The notes under the pieces: model-generated
What the model was told of the DNA's origin: nothing
What the model saw: only the letters and a program-made list of their open reading frames with translations
The model's database searches: none
From: an uncultured Candidatus Rokubacteria bacterium
Lineage (GTDB): Bacteria > Methylomirabilota > Methylomirabilia > Rokubacteriales > CSP1-6
DNA: 64,000 bases
Direction of reading: 5' to 3'
NCBI GenBank assembly: GCA_963789955.1
Contig: CAWBMV010000037.1
Span: 468,984 to 532,983, forward strand
Shown: in pieces, positions 40,455 through 51,571 of the stretch
Layout: every line of letters begins with the position of its first letter
How positions within the stretch are numbered: the stretch's first letter is position 1
Translations under genes and position numbers: made by a program

Positions 40455-41184
40455 GGTGCGCGACCTCGTCAAGGTCTTCGACGGCTTCGTGGCCGTCGGG
40501 GGCGTCAGTCTCGACGCGCCCCGCGGCAGCATCGGCGCCATCATCGGCCCCAACGGCGCCGGCAAGACGACCCTCTTCAATCTGATCACCGGCCATCTCG
40601 AGCCCGATCGCGGCCACGTGAAGCTCAACGGCGTCGACGTGACCGGCGTCGCGCCGCACGATCTCTGCCGGCTCGGCGTGGGCCGCTCGTTCCAGCGGAC
40701 CAACATCTTCCCGCGCCTCACGGTCTTCGAGAATGTCCAGGCCGCGTTCCTCTCGCATCGCGGACGCGGCTGGAACCTCGTGACACCGGTCGAGCGCCTG
40801 TATCGGGACGAGACGCTCGGGCTGCTCGAATCGATCGGGCTCATGGACCGGGCGGGCGAGGTCGCGGGCTTTCTTTCGCACGGCGGCCAGAAGCAGCTCG
40901 AGCTGGGGCTCGCGCTGGCCCTCGAGCCGGAGATCCTGCTGCTCGACGAGCCGACCGCCGGCATGTCGGCGACCGAGACGCGGGAGGCCATCCGGCTCAT
41001 CGAGCGCATCGCGCGCGAGCGCGGGCTCACGCTGCTCTTCACCGAGCACGACATGGAGGTCGTCTTCTCGATCTCCGAGCGGATCACGGTGCTCCACCAG
41101 GGGCGTGTGATCGCCAACGGAACGCCCGACGAGGTCCGGCGCGACGCAGGCGTGCGCCGCGTCTACCTCGGAGAGCGGCACTGA
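40447..41184 (+). CDS. LivG-type ABC ATPase
   Basis: GPNGAGKTT, LSHGGQK, DEPTAG, EHDM, VYLG. Confidence 0.94.
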   Translation: MLEVRDLVKVFDGFVAVGGVSLDAPRGSIGAIIGPNGAGKTTLFNLITGHLEPDRGHVKLNGVDVTGVAPHDLCRLGVGRSFQRTNIFPRLTVFENVQAAFLSHRGRGWNLVTPVERLYRDETLGLLESIGLMDRAGEVAGFLSHGGQKQLELGLALALEPEILLLDEPTAGMSATETREAIRLIERIARERGLTLLFTEHDMEVVFSISERITVLHQGRVIANGTPDEVRRDAGVRRVYLGERH

Positions 41185-41900
41185 TGGCCGGGCCGTCCGA
41201 GCCGGTCCTCGCGGTCGAGGACATCCACACGGCCTATGGCTTGTCGCGCGTGCTGTTCGGGGTGTCGCTTCGAGTGGCGCCCGGCGAGTGCGTGTGTTTG
41301 CTCGGCCGCAACGGCGTCGGCAAGACCACGACCATGCGCTCGATCATGGGACTCACGCCGCCGGCGAGCGGCCGGGTCGTGTGGAAGGGCCGCGACATCA
41401 CGCGCGAAGCGCCGTTCCGCGCGGCCGGCCTGGGCATCGGGTTCGTCCCGGAGGACCGCCGGATCTTCGCGGATCTCACCGTGTGGGAGAACCTCGACGT
41501 CGCCGAGCGCCGGACGCGGCCGGGCGGCTTCACGACCGAGCGCGTGTTCGACCTGTTTCCGGCGCTCCGCCAGCTCCGCGACCGGCCGGGCGGCTTCTTG
41601 TCCGGCGGCGAGCAGCAGATGCTGACGATCGCGCGAACGTTGATGGGGAATCCCGAGCTCTTGCTCCTCGACGAGCCCTCCGAGGGCCTGGCGCCGCTCG
41701 TGGTCGATCACCTGCAGGAGCAGATCGGCCGGCTCAAGGCCGACGGGCTCACGATCTTGCTCGCTGAGCAGAACGTGGACTTCTCGCTCGATCTCGCGGA
41801 TCGCGTCTACGTGCTCGAGAAGGGGCACATTCGCTACGAGGGCACGTCGCGTGAGTTCCGCGAGAACGCGTCGATCCGCCAGCAGTACCTGGCGCTCTAG
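41184..41900 (+). CDS. LivF-type ABC ATPase
   Basis: GRNGVGKTT, LSGGEQQML, DEPSEGL. Confidence 0.94.
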   Translation: MAGPSEPVLAVEDIHTAYGLSRVLFGVSLRVAPGECVCLLGRNGVGKTTTMRSIMGLTPPASGRVVWKGRDITREAPFRAAGLGIGFVPEDRRIFADLTVWENLDVAERRTRPGGFTTERVFDLFPALRQLRDRPGGFLSGGEQQMLTIARTLMGNPELLLLDEPSEGLAPLVVDHLQEQIGRLKADGLTILLAEQNVDFSLDLADRVYVLEKGHIRYEGTSREFRENASIRQQYLAL

Positions 41901-42271
41901 GCCCTGGCCAGCGCCCGCTGAACGGCGTTGAAGAACGTTTCCTCGTCGAACGGTTTGGCGAGAAAGTCGACCGCGCCTCCCTCCCTCGCTCGCTCGGCCA
42001 GCGGAACGTCGCCGTGGCCGGTCATGAAGATGATGGGGATGTCGTGACCGGCGACCGCCAGCACCTCCTGCAGCTCGAGCCCATTTTGGCCCGGCATCCT
42101 GATGTCGAGGACGAGACAGGCGAGCCGCGCGCAGTCACCTCGCTCGAGAAATCCACGCGCCGACGCGTACGTCTCGACCCCGAAACCCTGCGATCGGAGC
42201 AACCGAGAGAGACTTCGCCGGACCGATGGGTCATCGTCGATCACGGCGACGATCACCTCGCCCTGGCTCAC
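41897..42271 (-). CDS. FixJ-like single-domain response regulator
   Basis: VIDDD, LVLDIRMPG, MTGHGD, FLAKPF; GTG overlaps kinase stop. Confidence 0.9.
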   Translation of the reverse strand: MSQGEVIVAVIDDDPSVRRSLSRLLRSQGFGVETYASARGFLERGDCARLACLVLDIRMPGQNGLELQEVLAVAGHDIPIIFMTGHGDVPLAERAREGGAVDFLAKPFDEETFFNAVQRALARA

Positions 42272-44884
42272 GCCGACTCCTTGCCGGCGACAGGAAGCGA
42301 GAAGTGGAACGTCGCTCCTCCCAGCGAATTGTCGACGGCCCAGATGAGTCCGCCGTGAGCCTCGATGATGGACTTCGAGATCGCGAGGCCCATTCCCATC
42401 CCCGAGGACTTCGTGGTGTAGAACGGTTCGAACACCAGGTGTTGCGTGCCCTGGCGGAATCCCGTCCCGGCGTCCTGCACGGACACGTGGACCGCCTCGA
42501 CCTCGGTGTTCTCGGTCCGCACCGTGATGGTCCGCTCGTCCTCGGCACACTCGGCCATCGCCTCCATGGCGTTGAGGAGCAGATTCAGGACCACCTGCTG
42601 CAGCTGAACGCCGTCCCCGCTGACGAACACCGGATCCGGGTCGAGCTCCAGCCTGACCGAGAGGTTGCGAATGATCGCATCGCTGCTCAGGAGCTTTGCC
42701 ACGTCCCGGATCACGACATTGAGATCGAGGAGCCTGAACTGGACGTCCTCCTTCCGGAGCAGGCTACGCAGACGCCGGATGACCTCGCCCGCACGCTTGT
42801 CGTCGTCGACGATGTCCTTCAGGATCTCCCGGACCTCGAGGAGATCGGGCGGCGTCGCCTCCAGGAAGCGCAGGCCGGCCTGAGCGTTGGCGAGAATCCC
42901 GGTCAGCGGTTGGTTCAGCTCGTGAGCCAGCGACGCGGTCAGCTCGCCCATCGTCGAGACGCGCGTGAAGTGCGCCAGCTCCTGGCGGCTCTGCTGCGCT
43001 TCGAGCTCTGCACGCTTGCGCTCGGTGATGTCGGTATGCGAGACAACCGCACCACCGTCCAACACGCTCAGCGGGACCACTGAGATCGTGAACCACCGCT
43101 CTCCGCTCGGCGCGCGACTCGGATAGTCGAGTGCGAAGCCAGCTCGGGACCGGTCCAGTACCGCCTCGATACCGGCGAGCACCTCGCGGGTGTGGGGCAT
43201 ATCCTTGGTGGCGGCGTGCCGCAAGACGTCGAGATAGCTGGCGCCCACGTCGGCCTCTGGCGTTCCGCCATTCTCGCGCGCGAAGCGCATCCAGCCGTCG
43301 TTGACGGTGACGATCCGGCCGTCGCGATCCAGCACGGCGACGTTGCTGCTGACCGAGGCGAGGATGGCCGACTTCATCAGCTCGCTCCCGCGCACGGTGT
43401 CATCCGCCTCCTTCTGCGCGAGCGCGTTGGCTAAAGACCTCCGCGACGAGACGCAGGCGCTGCACCAGCTCGTCCGGCCAGGCTCGCTCGACGGTGAGCG
43501 TCACGAAGGCAAGACTGCCGACGATGCGGCCACCGGCCACCATCGGGATGGCGAGGTTCGAGCGGACTCCACGCCGGCGGAATGTCTCGGTGTCTCGCAC
43601 CGCTTCCCGCCGTAGCTCTTCCGGGCGGGAGAAGGCGACGGGCTGTTCGCGGAGGATCTGGGAGATGACCCAGGGAAAGTCTCGGCTCACGCTGCCGCGC
43701 GGTATCGGCCCTACTCCGGGACCACTCCACGAATAGGCAACCACGAACTCTTCGGCGTCCCGGGAAAGACGATAGAGCGTGACTCGGTCGAGCCCGAGGA
43801 ACTGCCCGAGCTGTCGCAGCGCGGTCTCAAACGCGGCCTCGACCTCGTGGCTCGATAGATGAACGAACGTGCTGGAGAGATGGACCAGAAGCTCTTCAAA
43901 CCGTAGCCGATCCGTCAACGTCTCGTTGGCCCGTCGCCGCTCGTCGAAGACGGCCGCCAGGCACACGAGCGGAATGGCGACGACGATCATGAGTATCTGA
44001 ATGGCGGTCACGCCTTCGGCTCGTGGCAGCGACGCGACTGACCGGTGCCATGGGTAGTAGGACCACCACCAGCAGCAGTGGGCACAGCAGCAAGAGACTC
44101 GTGCCCCCGGGTCCGAAGCGCACGGCTGCCCACAGGATGAACGGGAGGAACAGCGCCAGCGCCGTGTAGGGCGCGCCCGGAATGGCACTCGCGCCGTGGA
44201 TGGGCTCGGCCATGACGACAACACTGACGGTCACGGTCGCCACGGCCAGGAGCGCTGCTTCGATGTAGCGGCGAAAGGTCGGTGCTCCCTCCCCTGCGCA
44301 ATCGCCAGGTGATGACCGTCACGATGGCCGGCACCAGCGTGAGCTCCGTCAGGACGTTCGAGAAAAATCGGGTCCGCCACACGAGCCAGTACGGTTCGTG
44401 CAGCAGCCCCGATACTCGCCGCCGCAGTCGGAAACGAGGACACGAAGGGCGCGACCAGAACGGCGCCCGCGATGAAAACGCCCACCCGGCGCAAGGTGTC
44501 GAAGCGCGCGGGCGCATCGCTGAATAGGCGAACGCAGATGGCGGCCACGAGGGCCTCGCTGCACATGGTCCCGAACAGCGCCAGGACGAGCGAGATCGGC
44601 CAGGAGATCCCGAGCTCTGCCACCAGATGGGCCGGGAACGCCGCCAGCAGGTAGATCCACCACCGCGGCACCGGCGCGAGCAACAGCGTGGCGGTCAGGA
44701 TCGCGGTGGGCGGCCACAGGACCGATAGGGTTGACGGGGGTACTCGAAGGATGAAACCGACGTTCGCGCCGACGTAGTATGCGACCGACACCAGCAGGGC
44801 GGTCGCCGCGACGCGTTGGGCTGACCCTCGCCGAGACCGGAATCCCGGCGCCGTCTCCTGGATCATCATCCCTGGAGCATCCAT
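42268..44884 (-). CDS. MASE1-GAF-PAS sensor histidine kinase (FixL-like core), multiple frameshifts
   Basis: N-term LWPPTAIL MASE1-like TMs, GAF-like segment, HTDITERK, LAHELNQPL, NLLLNA, FEPFYTTK.GMGMGL. Confidence 0.85.
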
Positions 44885-45030
44885 GCTTTCCTCGGGGTTC
44901 CAGCAACGCCTCGCTGCAAGCGGCGCCGATCCCGAGAGGCCCAGATCTTACTCCTTGCGGTCGGGACCTGTCATCGAACACCGCTGAGACGGTGAGGGCT
45001 CTGCGGTGTCTCGCAACGCCCTCGCGACTT

Positions 45031-45076
45031 TGGAGCGGCCGACCGGATTCGAACCGGCGACGTCCAGCTTGGGAAG
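45031..45076 (-). tRNA. 3' fragment of tRNA-Gly(CCC), probable att-site remnant; not a full tRNA
   Basis: Minus strand CTTCCCAAGCTGGACGTCGCCGGTTCGAATCCGGTCGGCCGCTCCA gives anticodon loop, T-arm and CCA; no D-arm or 5' acceptor strand upstream. Confidence 0.85.
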
Positions 45077-45369
45077 TCTATTTCACGCCACAACCTGTGT
45101 CAGGATACCCACGAAATGGTCAAGCCGACGATCGCTGCGACTTCTGAACTTTCCCCGGAGATCTCTATCGCCCGAATCGTCGGTGGCGCTCCTGATAGCT
45201 TCGGATCGCCCGAGAAAGTCTCTTCCCGAACGACGGCCCACGCCTGCACCAGATTCACCATCGTGTCGGAGCCCGTGATGCGGATGACTGTTTCGGATGA
45301 TGAGGCGAGAACTACACTCGCTCAGGAACGCGGTCGTCCTGATCGAGCGCAACCGCAACGGCGGCGATC

Positions 45370-45595
45370 CTCGTCCACTCGCTGATCGCCTACATCGTAG
45401 TCCGGACCTGCTACGGTGAGCGTCGAGTCCTCGACGCGATCTCCTGGCTGCCGTTCACGGTGCCGGGAGTCGTACTGGGGCTGGCACCGCTGTGGTTGCT
45501 CCTCAGCCCTGGCGTCCTGCGACGGATGTACGGTTCGACCGCGGTCCTGATCGCCGCTGGTCTCGTCTCCGGTATGCCGCTCGGCGTCCGGTATC
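45370..45595 (+). pseudogene. Fragment of an FbpB-type ABC permease
   Basis: IAYIVVRT..RRVLDAISWLPFTVPGVVLGLA..MPLGVR internal segment with no intact start or end. Confidence 0.6.
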
Positions 45596-45600
45596 CGACG

Positions 45601-46365
45601 TTACGCCCGGCGCTTGAGCAGGCTGGCGAAGAACACCCCGGCGGCGATCGCGATGATGACAGGGCCCGTCTCGCGGTGAATCGCGTGGGCGAGTGAGGTG
45701 CCGGCGAGGGTCGAAAACACCGCCATGGCGACCGCAATGACGAGCATCGAATTCAGGTCGGTCGCCAGGTGCTTGGCCGTGGCCGCCGGGATGATGATGA
45801 GCGACCCCATGAGAAGAACCCCGAGGTACCGAAGGCCAAGCGCCACGGTGATGGAGAACGTGGTCAGATAGAGGAGGCTCAGACGCGAGAAGTCGATACC
45901 CGAGGTGCGCGCCAGGTCGCGCGAGACCAGCGCGACGACCAGCCGATGCCGCTGACTGAGGATGAACACGGCCACGCCGATCGACCCGGCGACGCCGAGG
46001 ACCAACTCCCAGACGGTCAACGTTCCCGGTTTGCCGAAGAGTGCCTCGATCAAGCTCTCGCCCTCCGTGAACAGGGCCCCCACCGCGAGTGCGGCGGAGA
46101 ACACCACCCCGATCACGGTCTCGGTGGCGATGCGCGTTTTCGACTCCACGGCCCAGATGAGGAGAGTACCCAGGAGCAGCATCGCGATGCCGCCGAGCAC
46201 GGGCTGAACGTGGAGCAGCAGCGCGATCCCGATACCGGGCAGCGCCACGTGCGAAATCGCATCCGACGCGAGCGTCATCTTTCGCATGACCGCGAAGCAA
46301 CCGACAAGGCCGGCTGCGATCGCCATTCCCAGCGACAACACCAGCTCGCTGAGCCCCGTCGTCAT
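45601..46365 (-). CDS. ZnuB/MntB-type (ABC-3) metal permease
   Basis: DAISHVALPG, LFG, GVLLMGSLIIIPAATA, ETGP. Confidence 0.92.
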   Translation of the reverse strand: MTTGLSELVLSLGMAIAAGLVGCFAVMRKMTLASDAISHVALPGIGIALLLHVQPVLGGIAMLLLGTLLIWAVESKTRIATETVIGVVFSAALAVGALFTEGESLIEALFGKPGTLTVWELVLGVAGSIGVAVFILSQRHRLVVALVSRDLARTSGIDFSRLSLLYLTTFSITVALGLRYLGVLLMGSLIIIPAATAKHLATDLNSMLVIAVAMAVFSTLAGTSLAHAIHRETGPVIIAIAAGVFFASLLKRRA

Positions 46366-47057
46366 TCGTGGACGTGGTATTTCATCGGGCTGCCGTACAG
46401 CTCTTCGAGCCGCTGAGGCGTCAGGACTTCCGTCGGCGGTCCGATGTAGGTTCGCTCCCGTCCCAGACACAGGACGTGAGTCGCATGGCGATACACGAGG
46501 CTCAGCTCGTGTGAGATGAGAAGAAGCGTGAGATGCCCCTCGTGTTTCAGCCGATTGATCCGCTCGTACAGTCGTTCCTCGCCCGGCTCGTCGATCCCGG
46601 CGGTCGGCTCGTCGAAGAGAAGCACGCTCGGTCGACCGAGGAAAGCGAACGCCAGCAAGAGCCGCTGGAACTGCCCTCCCGAGAGGGTCCCGATCGGCTT
46701 CCTCATCGTGTCGTCGGTCAGGTTGACCAGCCCGAGAGCGCGACGGACTTCGCCTCGCGAGGCACCCACCACGCTCGCTTTCGCGAGCAGGAAGTCGTTG
46801 CCCGTGATCGGCAGGTCACGCTCGATGTCGAGCTTTTGCGGGACATAGCCGACCCTCACGCCGGGCGCCCAGCGAATTTCTCCCTCGTACGGAAGGGCGC
46901 CGATGAGGGCTCGAAAGAGTACGGTCTTGCCCGATCCGGTGGGGCCGATGATGGCCAGTGAATCCCCTGCCGCCACCGAGAAGCTGACGTCCTTGATGAT
47001 CGGAACCCTATCGAACGAGACCGTGAGATGACGCACTTCGAGCGCGTGATCGGTCAT
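46362..47057 (-). CDS. ZnuC/MntA-type metal ABC ATPase
   Basis: GPTGSGKT, GYVPQK, LSGGQFQR, DEPTAGID, ISHE. Confidence 0.92.
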   Translation of the reverse strand: MTDHALEVRHLTVSFDRVPIIKDVSFSVAAGDSLAIIGPTGSGKTVLFRALIGALPYEGEIRWAPGVRVGYVPQKLDIERDLPITGNDFLLAKASVVGASRGEVRRALGLVNLTDDTMRKPIGTLSGGQFQRLLLAFAFLGRPSVLLFDEPTAGIDEPGEERLYERINRLKHEGHLTLLLISHELSLVYRHATHVLCLGRERTYIGPPTEVLTPQRLEELYGSPMKYHVHE

Positions 47058-47092
47058 CGCCGAACGCTCCGATCCCCCTCCGTACGCACTCG

Positions 47093-47674
47093 TCACCATT
47101 TCACGTCGCGGATGCCGAGCCAGTACGCCGCGTGATTGACGACGACATGACCCCCGAAGCTCACCGCGACCACGATGACGACGTCCCACAGGCCGAGGGC
47201 CGCGCGGGGCGCGAGAAGGACCAGCGCCCCGAGCGCAAAATCCAGCTGGTCGAACGGGATCCACGGCGCCCCGGGCAGGACTTGGAAGCGACGCTTGATG
47301 AAGCTCTTCACGGTGTCCCCGGTCATCGCTCCCATACCGAACCGAAGCCCCAGCTCGACCCACCGATCATAGTCGACGATGCCGGTGGTGTACCCGATCA
47401 GATGCTGCACCCACGTCGCGGTAATCGCGCCCAGGACACCGACGACGAAGCCCACGACGGTCTTGTGACTGCCAAGCCACCTCGGGCTGATGGGGCGGTT
47501 CCACGCCCTCCAGTACTTGACCAGCGGCGGTGACATGTTCGCGACATAGGCCGGCGCCATGAAGTATAGGAGCTCCAGCGCGCGACGTAACAGGCCTCGC
47601 TCCTCGTGCTCGTGAGTGCGACGGCTGGTGAGCCGTCGGAGCGAACGATGAGAATCGGCACCGTCGTACCACAA
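47093..47674 (-). CDS. CarS/DUF46-family cytidylyltransferase (CDP-archaeol synthase-like); start uncertain
   Basis: PAYVANMSP, LGSHKT, GAMTGD..KSFIKRR..PG, DQLDF, H...N...Y.LG...W. Confidence 0.85.
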   Translation of the reverse strand: MWYDGADSHRSLRRLTSRRTHEHEERGLLRRALELLYFMAPAYVANMSPPLVKYWRAWNRPISPRWLGSHKTVVGFVVGVLGAITATWVQHLIGYTTGIVDYDRWVELGLRFGMGAMTGDTVKSFIKRRFQVLPGAPWIPFDQLDFALGALVLLAPRAALGLWDVVIVVAVSFGGHVVVNHAAYWLGIRDVKW

Positions 47675-47858
47675 AGCGCCGGCCCCGTCACGCTGCCACG
47701 CACGAGACGCCCGAGCCCGCTCCGACCGTGGGGTGACCTCACGAATGGAGAGAGCCAGCGAGGATGGAGCGCGTCTCGACGCCGATGTGTGCGTGCGACG
47801 GGCCTACCTCAGCGTATGAACAACACGCAGGGCGGCCGCGAGGACTGTTGGATGAGAT

Positions 47859-50800
47859 TCACGGCACACGGTAGCCGGCAGCCGCCGCTGCATCCATGTA
47901 TGCCGCGATGTTTCGCTCGAGGGCGCGAACGCCCTCCGGGGATGGCGACGCCTCGGCGGCGAGCTGCAGCAGGGCGGGTATCGCCATCCACCACACGAGC
48001 GCCGCGAACGGCTCCTTCACGAAATACCGCACACCTTCATATTCGTTCACGTCCGTCAGCCACGCGGCGTCGGGATCATTGATCCAGCCGAGCGCAGCCG
48101 GACAGAGAGCCCTCGGCGCCGCCGTCGGAGCGGACCGTGCGTGAGCGAGCGCGACACGCACGCGCGCAGCCGCTCGCCAGCACTCCTCCCCTTGGAGGCC
48201 GAGCCGACCCGCCGCCTCGGCCACGACACCGCGAAACCGGAGAGCGTCGAACAGCCGCGCCGCGGCATCAGGCGCGTTCGATGGATCGCGCGCGCGCCCG
48301 AGCGCTTCGAGCGCACACCACACGAGGAGGGCAAAGAGCCCGTGCGCGTCACGAGGCCAGGGAGACTCGAAGCGAGCCTCGAGCCCACTGATCCTGAGCG
48401 CAGCGTCGAGGTGTTCGCCGAAGGCACGCACCGCGCTCTCGATATCGCCGCCGAGCTCGCCGAGCGTCACGTCCGGATTCCGCCGGGACAGCTCGCGTGT
48501 CGCGATGAGAAACGCCCGCGCCCGGTCGCCGGCGTCCGCCGCGGAGGGTGCCGCCCCGGCGTGCCCCATCCGCGAGGACGACGTGAGCGACGCGATGAGC
48601 CCTGGATCGAGCACCGCGCGAAGCGCCGCATGCACGGGCTCGAGCAGGTGCATGAGCATCGCCTCGTCAATACTCGGGACACCGCGGCCGGCGAGCCGCT
48701 CGGCAAGGGCCCTCCAGGGCCGCGCACCGTCAACGACTTCGCGCCAGTCGAGGAGCACTCGACAGGAATACGCCTCCAGCGCCAGGCGCAATCCCTTGTC
48801 CGCCAGCTCGTGGGATGGGTAGAGATACTCGAGACCACTGACGGCATCGCGACAGACGAGGAACGTCGCAGCGTCGCGAGAGAAACCGAGTGCCTCGCCG
48901 AAGGTCTGCTGGACCAGGCGCCGGCCGCCGCGATCCATCTTCTGCGTGTATGCGCACGACGTGCGAAGCCAGCCCTCGGTGCCTGCGTACCGGTTGTGAT
49001 AGACGACCAGCGCTCGCTCGCCGGCGCGGCGATTCGAGTATGCGAACACGTCCTCGTTCACCCAGCCTTCATCGGTGAAGAAATCGTAGAGCCGGAAGTT
49101 GTGAGAATGTGCGAAGAGCTCGCGGCGATGCAGCAACGGCGCGACCTCGCGCTCGTGCCGTGTGACCAGCTCGGCGTCGGGCGCCTCGTCGTAGTAGGCG
49201 CGGCGATACTCCATGCCGTACCGCTCGGTGAAGCCCTCGATCTGGCCGTGGCCGAACATCGGCAGTCCCGGCATGGTCGCCATCAGCGTGCAGATGCCGA
49301 AATATTTGTCACCCTTCCCGAACTGGTCCACCGCCGTGCGCTCGTCGGGGTTGTTCATGAAGTTGACGTAGCGCTTCAGGATCTCCGGGTCAAACTCGAG
49401 GGCGTTCTTCACGACAAGGCGGTACTGCGCGTTGTCTTCGTCGCGCAGCATGACCATGAACGCGCTGTTGTACACGCGATGCATGCCGAGCGTTCGCACG
49501 AAGTAGCCTTCCATGAGCCAAAAGGCTTCCGCGAGCAATAGCGTCCCGGGCGCCTCCGCGGCCACCCGGTCCACCACTTCCCGCCAGAACTCGATCGGCA
49601 TCATGGCGTCGAACTCCGCCTTGCTCAGCCCGTGCTCGGCGCGCGACGGGATCGCCCCGCCGGTGCCCGGCTCGGGAAACCACAGCCGCTGGAAGTGGCG
49701 CTTGGCCAGCGTCATGGCGGCATCGAAGCGAATGATGGGAAACCGTCGCGCGACGCCCAGGATGGTCTGGATCACGGCTTCGCGGACGTCGGCCCTGGTG
49801 AAGTCGAGCTGGGCGGTGTCGTTCCAGGGAAAGCTGGTGCCGTCGTTGCCGTGATAGATGAAACGTGTGTCGCCGGTCCACCGGTCGACGCGGCGGAACA
49901 CTACCGCCGCATCAGAGCGGTCGTAATAGTGGTCCTCGATCTTGATCTCGACGCGGCCGTCGGCGGAGAGGTTCGGCCCGTCGAAGCGATACGCCGGGAA
50001 GGGGCTCCCCGGATGCGACAGAAACCGCTCCGGATGCTCGATCATCCAGCGCGAGTCGATGCCCATGTGATTCGGCACCATGTCGCTCGCCAGTCGGATG
50101 CCATGTGCGCCGGCGCGGTCGCGGAGATTCTCGTACGCGGCGGGACCGCCGAGATCGGACGCGACGTCGTAGTCATAGAGCGAATACGCGGACGCCACAG
50201 CCTCGGGATTGCCGCACAGCCGCTTGATGCGCTGCGACGCCCGACTGCGCTCCCATAAGCCGATCAGCCACAGCGCCGTGAAGCCCCGTCGCGCGAGCGT
50301 CTCCAGCTCCTCGTCGGGAATCTGGTCCAGTCGCGTGATGGCGCGGCCGTGGACGCGCGAGAGCTGATCGAGCCAAACGTACGTGCTCTTTGCGATCAGG
50401 ACGGTACGCGCCATCCATGCCTCGTCCTGGCTGAAGCGCTCTGTCTCGAGCTGCTGCCCCGCGTAACTGGGGATCAGCGCAACGGGTCCGCGATCGGGCG
50501 CCGCCGGGCCCGGGTGTGGCCCGGGCGGATGAAACAGCATCCAGATCGCGGTGTCCTCCTCTCTCAGGACATCCATGCCGAGGAGCAGGCGGCGGAGGAA
50601 GTCGCCGAGCAGATCGCTCCAGTGATGCCGGATGTACTCGAGCTGCCCCTCGAGCGAGTCGGGCGACGCGACGGCCGGCGCGCGGAGCATGTCGATCAGG
50701 TTCTGATTCGCGGGGCCGAATCCGGGACGCGACTCGAAGTAGTCGCGCAGTGCCGCACCGACGTCGCGGTACACGGTGCGGCTGGCGAGCGGCTCATCGT

Positions 50801-51311
50801 CGACCAGCTCGCGGAATGGTCGGAACGCGGGGTTGAGGTTCGCGAGCCAGACCGTGATCAACTCTTCGAGGGCTACGACACGGTGCGGGATCCCGCCGGT
50901 CTCGCCGGCGAGCCAGTCGCCCGCGGATTCGAGCTCACGGTACACGGCGGTGATTGGAAACTGGTCCGCGAAAGCCAGCAGCGTCGCGTCGAACGCGTCG
51001 CGTCCGACGCGTGTCTCGAGCCAGCGGGCCGCATCGAGCATGGCGCGCGGATCGCGGCGGCCGCGATACAGCGCGAGGATGAGGTGGGTGACCTCGTCGA
51101 TGAGTCCCATCGCGTTGAGCGCACCCGGATGCACGATGCGGTCGGGATGGTGTGCCGCGTCGCGAACGGTGTTCATCCGATGCGCGAGGTCCCGGCTGGC
51201 CGCCAGATCGACGATGACGACGTTCGCCGTTACCGAGAACAGCCGGTCGGTAAAGCCGTAGCGGTCGCGCGCCGCCCGGGCGATGTGGAACTCGTAGGAC
51301 GAACGCTCCAT
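47859..51311 (-). CDS. Large GH13 alpha-amylase-family protein
   Basis: DMVPNH, WNDTAQLDF, RFDAAM, LAEAFW, FMNNPDE. Confidence 0.88.
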   Translation of the reverse strand: MERSSYEFHIARAARDRYGFTDRLFSVTANVVIVDLAASRDLAHRMNTVRDAAHHPDRIVHPGALNAMGLIDEVTHLILALYRGRRDPRAMLDAARWLETRVGRDAFDATLLAFADQFPITAVYRELESAGDWLAGETGGIPHRVVALEELITVWLANLNPAFRPFRELVDDEPLASRTVYRDVGAALRDYFESRPGFGPANQNLIDMLRAPAVASPDSLEGQLEYIRHHWSDLLGDFLRRLLLGMDVLREEDTAIWMLFHPPGPHPGPAAPDRGPVALIPSYAGQQLETERFSQDEAWMARTVLIAKSTYVWLDQLSRVHGRAITRLDQIPDEELETLARRGFTALWLIGLWERSRASQRIKRLCGNPEAVASAYSLYDYDVASDLGGPAAYENLRDRAGAHGIRLASDMVPNHMGIDSRWMIEHPERFLSHPGSPFPAYRFDGPNLSADGRVEIKIEDHYYDRSDAAVVFRRVDRWTGDTRFIYHGNDGTSFPWNDTAQLDFTRADVREAVIQTILGVARRFPIIRFDAAMTLAKRHFQRLWFPEPGTGGAIPSRAEHGLSKAEFDAMMPIEFWREVVDRVAAEAPGTLLLAEAFWLMEGYFVRTLGMHRVYNSAFMVMLRDEDNAQYRLVVKNALEFDPEILKRYVNFMNNPDERTAVDQFGKGDKYFGICTLMATMPGLPMFGHGQIEGFTERYGMEYRRAYYDEAPDAELVTRHEREVAPLLHRRELFAHSHNFRLYDFFTDEGWVNEDVFAYSNRRAGERALVVYHNRYAGTEGWLRTSCAYTQKMDRGGRRLVQQTFGEALGFSRDAATFLVCRDAVSGLEYLYPSHELADKGLRLALEAYSCRVLLDWREVVDGARPWRALAERLAGRGVPSIDEAMLMHLLEPVHAALRAVLDPGLIASLTSSSRMGHAGAAPSAADAGDRARAFLIATRELSRRNPDVTLGELGGDIESAVRAFGEHLDAALRISGLEARFESPWPRDAHGLFALLVWCALEALGRARDPSNAPDAAARLFDALRFRGVVAEAAGRLGLQGEECWRAAARVRVALAHARSAPTAAPRALCPAALGWINDPDAAWLTDVNEYEGVRYFVKEPFAALVWWMAIPALLQLAAEASPSPEGVRALERNIAAYMDAAAAAGYRVP

Positions 51312-51571
51312 AGGCACGAAAACCTCACGCGGATCAGACGACAGCGGCACGAGTGACGAAACATTGCCGAGGCGCGCAGTGCCCTGACCATCCGAGAAGC
51401 GTGCCCTCCGGCTCAACAATCTGTCCCGAGGCGCCTTTTGGCGACTCGCAAGGTGGTACCCGGTCAGATCTCCCAGTATAGGGGTCGCGGATGGCCCGGG
51501 TGCATCTGCGATGCCAGACGCCCAGGAGATTGGCAGCGCCCCTGCAACATCGGGAAGCGGGGAGGATTCCA

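Noticed and set aside
45031..45076. Functional tRNA-Gly gene
   Set aside because: The 5' half is missing and the anticodon stem cannot form
47680..47805. Imperfect inverted repeat upstream of the carS-like gene as a metal riboswitch
   Set aside because: Pairing is patchy, expected by chance at this GC level, and no yybP-ykoY or NiCo consensus was recognised
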